Assembly: GCA_002707365.1 (NCBI GenBank)
Contig: PAMQ01000015.1
Location: forward strand, 1 to 64,000
Source of the DNA: Trueperaceae bacterium
GTDB taxonomy: Bacteria > Deinococcota > Deinococci > Deinococcales > Trueperaceae
Length of the DNA: 64,000 nt
Direction: 5' to 3'
Of the stretch, positions 1 to 9,926 are shown in pieces (position 1 is the stretch's first letter; each line of letters opens with the position of its first letter). A program made the translations under genes and the position numbers. Below the pieces are notes generated by a model. The model saw nothing but the letters and a program-made list of their open reading frames with translations, was not told the DNA's origin and made no database searches.

Positions 1-209
1 CCAACAGCCACAATTTCACCAGCAGCTGAATACCCCATGATATGAGGTGGTACAGCCTCTTCCCGAACGTACCGCCAAAAGAGTTCCGAACCGCGACTAA
101 TCAAACTTCTTTTCAACTTAACTAGCATCTGTCCTGGTCCCGGCTCCGGCTTTTCAACCTCAACCATCTTCACATTGCCAAAACCCTCAAGCTTCTCCAA
201 ACGCAACAT
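1..209 (-). CDS. Zn-dependent alcohol dehydrogenase / MDR-superfamily protein, N-terminal fragment (gene runs off the window start)
   Basis: Minus-strand translation from ATG at 209-207: MLRLEKLEGFGNVKMVEVEKPEPGPGQMLVKLKRSLISRGSE...GYSAAGEIVAV, the GroES-like ADH_N pattern; not in the ORF track because it is truncated by the window edge. Confidence 0.55.
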   Translation of the reverse strand, partial: MLRLEKLEGFGNVKMVEVEKPEPGPGQMLVKLKRSLISRGSELFWRYVREEAVPPHIMGYSAAGEIVAV

Positions 210-343
210 GGTATTCACACCTAACCCCCTCCTCTGCTACCCGCTTTTCATAAACACATGCCTTGAATAACAACCGCAACGATGTCGAAGGCCTTAGCGG
301 TGCTAAATAGTTACCGTTAAGGCTGAAGCATCGTGTCCTAACC

Positions 344-2590
344 CTATTCCAAGAATTCTCCGACATCATAAGGGTCAATATCGATTCGCACTTTGGTTGC
401 AGCGCTCGATCCTAGGTCAGTTTCCCGCAAAATATCGCCAAGTTGCGTTCTCGTTTCTGTGCGAATTAGAAGGTTGTAGACATACCTTCCTCGTTGTCGG
501 GCTACTGTTGCGGGAGCGGGACCGTAAACAGTTGGCGGTAAGTCCGAATTTTCTAGTTTAACGGCTAATGTATGAGCTGCTTGCCGAGTCTGATCCTGGT
601 ACCGACCAGCAAATTGAACCCGGGCCAGGTGACCAAAGGGTGGGTAACCAAAACGCTCTCTTCGCTTCTCTACCGCATTACCGAAGTTATCCATCGACTC
701 TTTAGTGGGTTTGCCGGCGACTTGGATAACCTCATGATCGGTATTGAAAGCCTGAATAACTATTAGTGGTTTTGTGTGCATTGATAGTTCATCGAGCGCG
801 AGTAATAAACGCAGTGCTCCCTCCTCTGCTCGAAAATCTCCTTGGGTGAGAAACGATTCGAATAAAGTAATTCCAATTAGAGCGAGGTTAGGTAAGGGTG
901 GAATCCGTAGTAACGCGGTAGTTCCAACAACCACACCTGGTTTTCCGTTATGGAATTCGTTTAGCGAGTCGCGATGATCAGCGTCGTACCTTGCAACAAC
1001 AAAATCTGGTAGGAACTTGCGAATTGCTGAAGCGACCCATTGGGTGCCGGGGCCACGGACAGCATCAAGGTTTTCGTCTCCGCATGATGGACAACACACG
1101 GGTGACCCCTCTGCATGTTCGCATTGGTGGCAACGGAGTCGGGTTTCTTCACGGTGGTATCGCAAGCTCAAGTCACAATTGGGGCACATCATAATGTGGC
1201 CGCAAGCAAGACAACCCAAAGCTGCAGAGTATCCTCTTCTTGGGGCGATAACTATCGCCTGACGATTCCGGTCTTTAACCTGTTTGAGAACCCTTATGAG
1301 GTCGGGGCCTAGGGGCCAATTTGGTGAGTCTGATAGCGGCGCTGTGAATTGTCGGCGTTTTGGCCGGGGTATCTGATGTCGATTTTCTTGATCTATACCC
1401 TCGACCCATTCGGCTGTTTCTAATATGTCTTCAAAAACTATTGGGATTTTATGTTTTTCGGCAAGCATCTCTGCTACTCTGGGTGTGACAATCCGGGGGC
1501 CTGAATCAAGTTTATAAGTTGGGCTGCTCACGTCTAATATAACGATACGACCAAGGTTTTTTAATGGCGATAAGACCCCGAGATATGTTGTAACTAGTAC
1601 ACAAGGTTTATCGCGAGATAATTCTCGCCAAATGTACTCGCGCTGACGATCCGACCTCTTTCCACTTAAAGCGACGACTGGTAATCCTGCTGTGCTAAAT
1701 GCACCTGCGACCCGCTCTAGTTGTGAGCGTTCTGGAACCAATACGATTACCCCAGCTCCGGCACTCAAATCTTTTTTAATGGTGTGCAAAAGAAAAGATA
1801 GGCGAGATAGACGGGTCCCTCCGCTCAAGAAAGAACGCTCGGAAAGTATTAGCTTTTTAGTATCTAGGGGAGGCATTTCTATCTGTTCTAGCGGGGGGAG
1901 TGTCACATTCGATTCTGGGACTTCTCCGTAGCCGACGTACCCCTTTTGCACCAAGCCTCGTATGACTCCTTCGGTGACGCCAGCCTGTTTGGCTAAATCT
2001 TTTACTGAATCAACGCGACCTGCATCGACGAGGTGATTAAGCGCCCTAAGTTGCCGGGATTGCCGCTTTCCGGATAAACCCTCATCGGGCGGCTTGAGGA
2101 CTTCTAACACCCTGACAACATGTGGTTGTAACGTTATTCTTTCTTCGATTAAACCTTGTTTTCGCCAGAGGTCTACCAGTCGAGGTTCAACTGAATCGAC
2201 ATTCCGCCAGGTATCAGCGCTGAGAGACTCTAAATCGACGTCTTTCACAGCCCTAATAGCGTGATTCAGGGGAGAATTGAGGCCGGATTTGACCAAGGTG
2301 GTTAAAACCAAGCCGGCTGGGGTAGCTGTAGTTTCGGCGAGCTCAAGGATCAAGTGGCAGGCTCCCTCTTGGAGATGGGAAGTGGAGTCTAGCCAACCGA
2401 TAGCTTCACGAAGATCACCAGCACGAGTAGGCTCAACAGAGGTCTTAGCGACTACAATGCCAATCCTTACCCGATCCTGCCACGGAACAGCCACCCGCGC
2501 CCCAAGGGGTCCCTCCGGCTGATTTAACGGTGCAAGGTACCGGAAAGGTGGGACGGGTAAGGGAAACAGAACGTCAAGCGCTTCTATCAC
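344..2590 (-). CDS. priA: Primosomal protein N' (PriA replication-restart helicase)
   Basis: 774-aa ORF with helicase motifs and a CxxC...CxxC zinc-binding module (CPNCDLSLRYHREETRLRCHQCEH...CPSCGD); N-terminal VIEALDVLFPLPVPPFRY resembles the E. coli PriA N-terminus, so a GTG start near 2590 is more likely than the ATG at 2668, which would add a poly-Lys/Ile leader. Confidence 0.85.
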   Translation of the reverse strand: MIEALDVLFPLPVPPFRYLAPLNQPEGPLGARVAVPWQDRVRIGIVVAKTSVEPTRAGDLREAIGWLDSTSHLQEGACHLILELAETTATPAGLVLTTLVKSGLNSPLNHAIRAVKDVDLESLSADTWRNVDSVEPRLVDLWRKQGLIEERITLQPHVVRVLEVLKPPDEGLSGKRQSRQLRALNHLVDAGRVDSVKDLAKQAGVTEGVIRGLVQKGYVGYGEVPESNVTLPPLEQIEMPPLDTKKLILSERSFLSGGTRLSRLSFLLHTIKKDLSAGAGVIVLVPERSQLERVAGAFSTAGLPVVALSGKRSDRQREYIWRELSRDKPCVLVTTYLGVLSPLKNLGRIVILDVSSPTYKLDSGPRIVTPRVAEMLAEKHKIPIVFEDILETAEWVEGIDQENRHQIPRPKRRQFTAPLSDSPNWPLGPDLIRVLKQVKDRNRQAIVIAPRRGYSAALGCLACGHIMMCPNCDLSLRYHREETRLRCHQCEHAEGSPVCCPSCGDENLDAVRGPGTQWVASAIRKFLPDFVVARYDADHRDSLNEFHNGKPGVVVGTTALLRIPPLPNLALIGITLFESFLTQGDFRAEEGALRLLLALDELSMHTKPLIVIQAFNTDHEVIQVAGKPTKESMDNFGNAVEKRRERFGYPPFGHLARVQFAGRYQDQTRQAAHTLAVKLENSDLPPTVYGPAPATVARQRGRYVYNLLIRTETRTQLGDILRETDLGSSAATKVRIDIDPYDVGEFLE

Positions 2591-2810
2591 GAGGTAATTG
2601 TATCCTTCGCGCCCCCCCGTTTTGACGATAACCAGAATAATCACGAGTTTTATTTTTTTCACCATCAACCGGCTTTAATTTTGGTCATGGTTAATGATAG
2701 TGAACCTAACGGTTTGCATTCGCAGAAGGCGCTTACGCCAGAACAAGAAGTTATTCTTAGTCAGGTACACTAAGTAAGAAAGTCCTTACATACCTAGGGG
2801 GATAAATATC

Positions 2811-3959
2811 GTGCGATTCGTTGTGTTAGTTCATGATGGACATGTTGCTTGGGATTGGCATACAGAAGGTTGCAATCTACTACGTGAACACGGAGAAGTA
2901 GAGTTCCTATGCGTACCTACAGGCCTTCGGACTACTCGCGATAAAATCGATCACCCACCTGGTAGATCTTGGAATCGTGAAATTGGTGTCCTTCGCCCTC
3001 AAGAGGCGACTGAGGGCATAAAAGTTGTTTTAGAAGATTTTTATTCCCAACTAGAAACAGCGGACGCAGCAGTCATCGGACCTTGGTACAGACCCCCAAT
3101 GCTCCCCGAACACTGGGCAGCAGCAGAGAAACTAAAAGTATTCTCCGGAACTTTCGACCATCGCTTTGGCGACTGGTTCGAGCAAATTAAATCTAGAGAC
3201 ATCACACTCATCGACACATCACGAAGCATGACCCCTTCAGTAGCTGAATTCGCCCTAGCAATGACGTTGAACCTAATACGAGACATCCCAGAATCAATGT
3301 ACCTAGCGAGAGAAGGAAAATGGACCTGGCATAAACCAGGTGGAGAGAACAAATGGTCGTGGGACAAACCAGGTTTCGTTCATGGAGACTTAACAGGACG
3401 CCGCGTGGGCCTCGCTGGTTACGGCAGCATCAACCAACGTTACGCTGAGCTTTTAGCTCCATTCCGGTGCGACGTCAAAGCTTACGATCCTTTCGTATCC
3501 GATGATCAACTAACGGCAGCTGGCTTAACCCGAAGTGACTCCCTAGTCGAACTAGCAGCATCATCAGAAATTTTTGTTGTCGGACTACCACCCACACCAG
3601 CCACCATGGAAATAATTAATCGAGACGTAATATCAGCCTTACCTAAAGGCGCATTATTCGTACTAGTAACACGCATGGCGGTAGTTGAACAGGAACCACT
3701 ATGGGAACGCCTGAAAGCCGAAGAGATCGCCGCAGCAATTGATGTGTTCGCCCCAGAACCACCCCCAGAAGACGCTTGGTTCAGAAATCACCCGAACGTC
3801 CAAGTAACCACACACATCGCTGGAGGAACAGACTTCTGTCACCGCCGTTGCTTCACCGAAGCCTGCAAAGACGCCATAGCCGTAGTCACAGGCAACGAAC
3901 CCAAATGGAAACCCACCAACTTTGACGACCAATCCTACAAAGGAAAACCAACACAATAA
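2811..3959 (+). CDS. D-isomer-specific 2-hydroxyacid dehydrogenase family protein (NAD-binding)
   Basis: GxGxxG Rossmann motif RRVGLAGYGSINQRY and the DVKAYDP pattern typical of D-2-hydroxyacid dehydrogenases; GTG start. Confidence 0.75.
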   Translation: MRFVVLVHDGHVAWDWHTEGCNLLREHGEVEFLCVPTGLRTTRDKIDHPPGRSWNREIGVLRPQEATEGIKVVLEDFYSQLETADAAVIGPWYRPPMLPEHWAAAEKLKVFSGTFDHRFGDWFEQIKSRDITLIDTSRSMTPSVAEFALAMTLNLIRDIPESMYLAREGKWTWHKPGGENKWSWDKPGFVHGDLTGRRVGLAGYGSINQRYAELLAPFRCDVKAYDPFVSDDQLTAAGLTRSDSLVELAASSEIFVVGLPPTPATMEIINRDVISALPKGALFVLVTRMAVVEQEPLWERLKAEEIAAAIDVFAPEPPPEDAWFRNHPNVQVTTHIAGGTDFCHRRCFTEACKDAIAVVTGNEPKWKPTNFDDQSYKGKPTQ

Positions 3960-4064
3960 ACAAAAACCCACAAATTCATCCCACTACCCACCAACCACAA
4001 AGAAAACAAGTGTGTGTGTATTTGGTTATTAGTGTCCTCAAATCGTTAAGGTCTTAACCTTTAA

Positions 4065-4994
4065 TTATGTGATGGAGTTCAAGAAATCCACAGATTTTTG
4101 AACTCCCCTGATGGGTGTCATGCTGAGGTCCTCATGTTCGATGCTCAGCACGTCATCGTAGCCGACCTCGCGTAGCAGGCTGATGAAGTCCCGCCACCAG
4201 TTTTCGCTGTGGCCGTAGCCAAGCGTGACATAGTTCCACGATCGTGCTTGCACTTGATCATTGGCATTGGTTTCTATTAGGGTGTTGACTTCACTGTTGT
4301 GAGGGTCAATGCGCGTATCCTTAGCGTGCACATGGTAGATGGCTTCTGCTAAAGGACGAATAGCGCGCAGGGGTTCACCACCCATCCACATCATGTGGCT
4401 GGGATCAAAATTAACTCCAATGATCGTACCCACAGCTTCGCGCAAGCGTATCAATGATGCTGTGTTGTAGACGAGTTGATGTCCATGCTGCTCAATGCAG
4501 ATACGGGTGATGCCGTGACTCTTGGCGACCTTAACGAGCGCTTGCCAGTAGGGAATCGCAACGTCCTCCCATTGGTAACGGAGGATTTCTGCAACCTCAG
4601 CGGGCCAGGCGGTAGTAATCCAGTTCGGGTGTTGGTCACCCGGGGCGGCAGGAAGGCCAGACATCATCACTATGCGGTCGATATCGAGAAGTTCTGCAAG
4701 TTGGAAAGTCTTACGAACCACACCATCGTGCGCCTCCCCGTGTTGACCTGGGGCGAGTTGATTTCCTGAGCAGTTCAGGGCACTAATATTTAACCCGTGG
4801 TCACTTAGTTTGTTTTGAAAGGTGTCACGTGCCTGTTTATCAGTAATTAGCTGATCGATCTTGAGGTGGGGAGCCTGGGACCAATTACCACAGGCGAATT
4901 CGAGACTGTTAATACCAAGATCAACCGCGGTTTTTAGCAGCTCATCGAAGGATAGTTGCCCTAGGATATCTGTCACTAAACCGATGTGCATCAA
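4065..4994 (-). CDS. Sugar phosphate isomerase/epimerase (xylose isomerase-like TIM barrel)
   Basis: N-terminus MMHIGLVTDILGQLSFDELLKTAVDLGINSLEF and overall AP-endonuclease-2/xylose-isomerase-like TIM-barrel pattern. Confidence 0.7.
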   Translation of the reverse strand: MMHIGLVTDILGQLSFDELLKTAVDLGINSLEFACGNWSQAPHLKIDQLITDKQARDTFQNKLSDHGLNISALNCSGNQLAPGQHGEAHDGVVRKTFQLAELLDIDRIVMMSGLPAAPGDQHPNWITTAWPAEVAEILRYQWEDVAIPYWQALVKVAKSHGITRICIEQHGHQLVYNTASLIRLREAVGTIIGVNFDPSHMMWMGGEPLRAIRPLAEAIYHVHAKDTRIDPHNSEVNTLIETNANDQVQARSWNYVTLGYGHSENWWRDFISLLREVGYDDVLSIEHEDLSMTPIRGVQKSVDFLNSIT

Positions 4995-5128
4995 ATATCC
5001 TCTTCCATCTGAAATTCATTAGTAACTTACGCGCGAAAGCGTCCCTTATGGCGAGTAGTTAATGGGTAGCAGCTTCCCATGTTGTCGCTACTTTCACGCG
5101 CGGTTCCGCTTGGAACACGATGGGAACT

Positions 5129-5908
5129 CTAGTCTCCTGTGCATCTCTCATAGGCCTGACGTAGCGCTGCAACGGGGTCTCCCTTGGGGACGAATTCGTG
5201 ACCGATGTAGTGCTGGTATCCCGCGTTGGCTAGCGCCCTACAAATGCCGGGGTAATACAGCTCCTGTTCGTCATCCAGATCATTCCTTCCGGGGTTACCA
5301 GCAGTATGGAGGTGACCGATAGCTCCCAGGTTGTCGAGCATAGTCCGGATCACGTCTCCCTCCATGATTTGCATGTGGTAAATGTCGTACAGGAGTTTCA
5401 CGCGCTCGCTACCTACCTGCTCGACTACCTGCACTCCCCAAGCCGTTCGATCACACTGATAGCCCGGGTGGTCCACTCTCGAGTTAAGTAGTTCCAGGTT
5501 TAGTGTCACGCCTTTTGCCTCGGCGTATGGTGCTGCCCGGCGGAGGCCCGCTGCGGTGTTAATAACCGCTTCGTCTTCACTCATCCCCGGAATGCGGTTG
5601 CCACTGAAGCAGATCATGCTGGCGATACGCAGTGACGAGGCTAGGTCGATAGATGTCTTTAGTTCGTCCTCGATACGGTCGTGATTTGCGGGGTTGTTCA
5701 GGCCGTCTCCTAGTGACTGGTGTCCGCCCATGCCGGCTACCTTGAGCCCATGTTGAGCTGCTGCGTCGCATAGGGCTTCGAACTCATCGTCGACGAACAG
5801 AAGCTCGATTGCGTCCACTCCGATGCTTGCAGCCTTTTCAATAAAACCGACTTTGTCCTCTACTTTTGCTGCAACTGCCGGTAGCATTACTGACTGTTTG
5901 AGGGGCAT
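5129..5908 (-). CDS. Hydroxypyruvate isomerase family protein (Hyi-like TIM barrel)
   Basis: LLYDIYHMQIMEGDVIRTMLDNLGAIGHLHTAGNPGR...YIGHEFVP aligns with E. coli Hyi (IQYDIYHMQRMEGEL...GHLQIADNPHRG...GCEYKP); GGAGG lies 5 nt upstream of the ATG at 5908 (MPLKQ); the ATG at 5920 sits inside that SD. Confidence 0.8.
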   Translation of the reverse strand: MPLKQSVMLPAVAAKVEDKVGFIEKAASIGVDAIELLFVDDEFEALCDAAAQHGLKVAGMGGHQSLGDGLNNPANHDRIEDELKTSIDLASSLRIASMICFSGNRIPGMSEDEAVINTAAGLRRAAPYAEAKGVTLNLELLNSRVDHPGYQCDRTAWGVQVVEQVGSERVKLLYDIYHMQIMEGDVIRTMLDNLGAIGHLHTAGNPGRNDLDDEQELYYPGICRALANAGYQHYIGHEFVPKGDPVAALRQAYERCTGD

Positions 5909-6157
5909 ATTTTCCTCCAATTTAGAAATTGGCTTAGACGATATTTGGTGCCTTCAGAAAATCCTCTAAACCTTGCGTAGGATACTTGAATTTTATAACG
6001 ATGCAGCATTCGGGTATTCAGGGGTGACTAAAAACATGTTTCGCTTTCCACGTTCCGAGTTTCTTCTTTTCGGAGATTCAGCAGTTTTCTGCATGAAAGC
6101 CTGTTTGAAGGTTTATCTGCAAGAAAGGGCTTTTGGTCAACCGATGGGAATTGGACT

Positions 6158-6964
6158 TCAGGGGTACACTTGCGGGAAATACTGTCCCTCCATCTTAGCT
6201 CCGCCCTCCACCTCTATCAGATGTTTGATTACGTGTTCACCGCTCTCCACGAATCGTGTGTTTTCAGTCATGTAATGAATTGCCAAGGCTCGCCGCGGCC
6301 GGGCACTCGTGTTGGAATGTGACCCGTGCCAAGTGAGCGCGTGATGGAAGTGCACCTCCCCTTTCTTCACCGGGCACAGAACCGTCTCTATCTTGTGATC
6401 TTTATAGGTGGAAGGAAGATCATATTCTGGAACTGTGTCTAGGAACGATTGGGCGTCACCCCATCGGTGTGAACCTGGCACCATGCTCATGCAACCATTC
6501 TCATAATCCACGTCGTCGAGTGCAATCCAGGCGGACACTTCCGTCATGGGTTCAATAACGGGCCACAAGGGAGCATCTTGGTGCCATCTTTGAACTCCAC
6601 CAAGCTGGGGTGGTTTGTATTGAATCTGGTCGTGCCAAACACGGAGCTCACTAGCGTCAGTGAGTTGGGCTATCGCTTTTGCAATCTCCTTGTGACTCAC
6701 GAGGTGTTCATAGAAAAGCTGGCTTCCCTGCCAAATATTGATGATTTGCCAGAGTTCCTTGCCCTTTTCTGAATCCATCATTTCAGCGGCGTAAGGCGAA
6801 ACGTCACGTGTGACAGCGGGTTGAGGAATGTCCGTTCGGTCACGCTCCTCAATTACGCGCATGACCTCACTGCGCAACACTTCCACTATATCGTCACTGA
6901 GAAACACCCCACCGTTCAGAAAACCTCGCTTTTTGAACTCTTGTATTTGAGATTCCGTAAGCAT
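6158..6964 (-). CDS. Phytanoyl-CoA dioxygenase (PhyH) family Fe(II)/2-oxoglutarate dioxygenase
   Basis: MLTESQIQEFKKRGFLNGGVFLSDD... N-terminus and His/Asp-rich C-terminal half typical of the PhyH family. Confidence 0.75.
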   Translation of the reverse strand: MLTESQIQEFKKRGFLNGGVFLSDDIVEVLRSEVMRVIEERDRTDIPQPAVTRDVSPYAAEMMDSEKGKELWQIINIWQGSQLFYEHLVSHKEIAKAIAQLTDASELRVWHDQIQYKPPQLGGVQRWHQDAPLWPVIEPMTEVSAWIALDDVDYENGCMSMVPGSHRWGDAQSFLDTVPEYDLPSTYKDHKIETVLCPVKKGEVHFHHALTWHGSHSNTSARPRRALAIHYMTENTRFVESGEHVIKHLIEVEGGAKMEGQYFPQVYP

Positions 6965-7075
6965 AGCTCTCTCCTAAAATGCCGGGGATGTTTGGGCACC
7001 CAATAACATTAATTCTAAATTAATTTATCTAATTTTTAGTTATTGAAACAAGACCTAGTTAAGGCTGAACTAAAT

Positions 7076-7624
7076 TCAGTCTACCTTGATTGCACCGCTA
7101 CTAACGGGATCAAAGCCTAATGGCCAGCGGGTCATGCGGTTGTAGGTAGCGCCAGTGAAGTTTGTGCGCATCAGTTGCGCGTGCGTTAAGATTGCACCTT
7201 CCAAATTCGCATCTGTAAAGTCGGTAAGTACTAATCTGGTATGAGTTAAGTTAGTCCCGTTCAGGTTAGCACCGGTAAAGTTAACGCCGGTAAAGTCCCC
7301 ATAGTAGAAGTTTCCGCCCTCCATGAGTGCGTAACTAAGGTCGGACCAACTCATGAACGCGTCCATCATCATCACGCCCCTCAGGTTCACGCCCCTCAGG
7401 TCCGCACAGTACCAGCGGGCACCGAAGTGAATCCGGTCCGTGTCGACGGTCCTAATTTCACCGCAGCATGGTCCTTTTTGCTCTCGCTCTATCCCGCAGC
7501 ATGTTGGGAACTGAGCAAACGCAGTGCTATACAGAAAAAAACTTACAAAAAATACTGTTAAGGCACTACCTAATCGGAAGGTTTGTGATTTTAGTGGCGA
7601 CATATCTAATCCTTCACTTGACAC
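7076..7624 (-). CDS. Secreted pentapeptide-repeat protein with Cys-rich N-terminal segment
   Basis: Signal peptide (LGSALTVFFVSFFLYSTAFAQ), CC...CC motif (FPTCCGIEREQKGPCCGE), then tandem A(D/N)LxG-type pentapeptide repeats (GVNLRGV, GANLNGTNLTHTRL, DANLEGAILTHAQLMRTNFTGA). Confidence 0.7.
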   Translation of the reverse strand: MSSEGLDMSPLKSQTFRLGSALTVFFVSFFLYSTAFAQFPTCCGIEREQKGPCCGEIRTVDTDRIHFGARWYCADLRGVNLRGVMMMDAFMSWSDLSYALMEGGNFYYGDFTGVNFTGANLNGTNLTHTRLVLTDFTDANLEGAILTHAQLMRTNFTGATYNRMTRWPLGFDPVSSGAIKVD

Positions 7625-7689
7625 ACTTTAACGTTGATATTGGCGTGAACTCCACTGCTAACACCTGACAGGTTGGGTTTCTCGTCGAT

Positions 7690-7719
7690 CAGGGAGCCCC
7701 ACAATTGTGGGGCTCCCTG
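7690..7719. terminator. Perfect 13-bp palindromic hairpin (cagggagccccac-aatt-gtggggctccctg) between the SBP and pentapeptide-repeat genes
   Basis: Seen directly; stem fully complementary with a 4-nt loop; T-rich run follows on the plus strand only, so it may act as a terminator, attenuator or stabiliser of the minus-strand transcript. Confidence 0.4.
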
Positions 7720-7784
7720 TCTTCGAATTTAACTTTGCCGATTGTGAGAATTAACCCACATTTCGGAATTTGATGGACGCTTGC

Positions 7785-9707
7785 TTAGCGATCCCACCAG
7801 TAGGTCTGCATACGAGCGTAGTGGTTGGAGGCCTCAATTGAGACTCCTTCCCAGCGTACGTTCCTGAGATCTTTATTTTGGTGACCAGCTGAGGGCGCGT
7901 GCAAGGTAAGCGTAGTCCATAGGTTGTATACGCTCTGCCTCATCAACGACTGGAATTTTTCATTCAGCTCTTCTTCCGAGGAGGATTGAAGTACTTCTTG
8001 GAAGAAAGTGTTGCGGAAATGCATAGCGTGCGGGGGTGGCACTTCGCCTTCGGCGCCATCACTAAGGATGTATTCGTTCCAACCTTGCGTGGAGATGAGG
8101 GCTCCAGGTAGCCACTTATCGAACCGGGTGAGGTAGAAACCTCCAGCCTCTCCGTACCAACCGATAATGTCCCAAGTTGGTTCAGCGCGTTGGTTGTACA
8201 TCTCGTTTTGGGGTGTTGGCCGTAGGAGAATCTCGATTCCTGCTTGTTCCCAGTAGTTCGCAATCATTTCCATGGTTTCAGCTGGTTCGGCTTCCTCTTC
8301 GAACAACACGACCAAGGAAACTCGGTTACCGTCAGGTCCAATGCGGAATCCACCCGCGTCCCTCTCAGCTAGACCCATCTGATCGAGTAGGGCGTTAGCG
8401 GTGTCGGGATCATACTCGGTGTAGAGAGTTCCTAGTCCCTCAACGAAACCGGTCTGGCCGGGTCTTGGCGCAACGTTCCAGGGGACAGCAAGGCCTTGGT
8501 ACAGAACCTCGTTAATCTCGTCACGGTTCATTGCGATGGAGAGTGCTACCCGGAAGTTCCGGTTCTGCATGTAAAGGCGATTGTTCATAGGTCCGCTTTG
8601 GTTGAAGTAAAGCTGGGGCGCCCAAGCTCGAGCTGCCTCTTGGAACCCGATGATGTAATCCCCTTTGTCCTGATTCTCGAGAAGGGTTGGCAGGTCCGCC
8701 AAACGCCAGGGGTTATAAGTGGGCGTGTTAGCGAGATCAAGTTCACCCGCGAAGAGTTTGGCCTGACGAAGGTCATACTCGTCGATCTTTTCTATCTCGA
8801 TTCTGTCAATGTAAGGTAGTTGTTTCCCCTCGGCATCCACAGCCCAATAGTAGGGATTGCGGACGTAGACGCTACCGGAACCCTCAGTGCGTTCTTCAAG
8901 CATGTAAGGGTGCATTGTCGGGTAACCGACTGTCTGTACTTTAGCGTAGGGGCTGGCTTGCATATAACCAAAGTGCTCTGCCCACTGAGTAACTCGGGAG
9001 TCGACGTCATCGTCGGCGTACCCTTGGTTCTCTGGGTGTAGGGAGCCTAACCACTGCTCTGGGAATTCTTCAGGCCCGTGCAGGAGGTAAGCCAATGCAT
9101 GCATCATTGCTGGGTTTGGCCCGGTGGCTGTCCAGCGTGTTGTGAGGTTATCGAGCTTCTCAACAACTAGTGGTTGACCGTCGTAAGAAACAGCTCCAGG
9201 GAATGCAGCTACGACTCCACCGACACCATTAACTAGTGGGGCTCCTTCGGGATCAGGGGTGTAAGTAGCAATATGGGTCCACCACCACATGATGTCATCG
9301 GCGTCGAAAATCTCGCCGTCAGACCAGCGCATGTTTTCACGCAGAGTCATGGTTATGGCATTTCCATCTTCGTTCCACTCCCAGTTGGCTACCAACCCGG
9401 GGCAAACTTCACCACCGAAACTAGCGCAGTAGTCAAAGAGCTGAGCTTTGTTGTACTTCCATCCGAAGTTATCATCAATGCTCGCAACGCGAATGGCTGG
9501 GCCTCCGTACTTACCAATCTCAGCCATATCAAGAACCAACGGGTTCGTGGGAATACGCTCCAACAACGTTGGAATTTCTTGCAGTCCAGCTGCTTCAGCA
9601 AGCATCGGGGCTTCTGAATAATCCTGAGCGATAGCAACACTCAGAACGAGAGCCAATACCAGGCTGGTAAAGGCAGAAGCACGGCTTAACGACTTAAGCA
9701 TACTCAT
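7785..9707 (-). CDS. ABC transporter substrate-binding protein, family 5 (peptide/nickel/oligosaccharide type)
   Basis: 640-aa periplasmic SBP fold with signal peptide MSMLKSLSRASAFTSLVLALVLSVAIAQ; AAGGAGGG SD lies 6 nt upstream of the ATG at 9707, so the ORF-track start at 9737 is probably too long. Confidence 0.8.
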   Translation of the reverse strand: MSMLKSLSRASAFTSLVLALVLSVAIAQDYSEAPMLAEAAGLQEIPTLLERIPTNPLVLDMAEIGKYGGPAIRVASIDDNFGWKYNKAQLFDYCASFGGEVCPGLVANWEWNEDGNAITMTLRENMRWSDGEIFDADDIMWWWTHIATYTPDPEGAPLVNGVGGVVAAFPGAVSYDGQPLVVEKLDNLTTRWTATGPNPAMMHALAYLLHGPEEFPEQWLGSLHPENQGYADDDVDSRVTQWAEHFGYMQASPYAKVQTVGYPTMHPYMLEERTEGSGSVYVRNPYYWAVDAEGKQLPYIDRIEIEKIDEYDLRQAKLFAGELDLANTPTYNPWRLADLPTLLENQDKGDYIIGFQEAARAWAPQLYFNQSGPMNNRLYMQNRNFRVALSIAMNRDEINEVLYQGLAVPWNVAPRPGQTGFVEGLGTLYTEYDPDTANALLDQMGLAERDAGGFRIGPDGNRVSLVVLFEEEAEPAETMEMIANYWEQAGIEILLRPTPQNEMYNQRAEPTWDIIGWYGEAGGFYLTRFDKWLPGALISTQGWNEYILSDGAEGEVPPPHAMHFRNTFFQEVLQSSSEEELNEKFQSLMRQSVYNLWTTLTLHAPSAGHQNKDLRNVRWEGVSIEASNHYARMQTYWWDR

Positions 9708-9926
9708 TAAATCCCTCCTTAGGATTCTCTGAAACATATTGTTTACCTGCGGTACAGGCCTTCAGAATACTATAAATCTACCTTGAAAGCTACGAACACC
9801 CTGGTGGCTAAGTCGCGCCTAACGCAAACTACACCCCCTCGACCAAATAATTTAGTTAAAGTAAGTTCAAGTCAACCTATAGAAACCATTTTTAGGCAAA
9901 GTACGTTTTACCTTTTGGGTAAGGTT

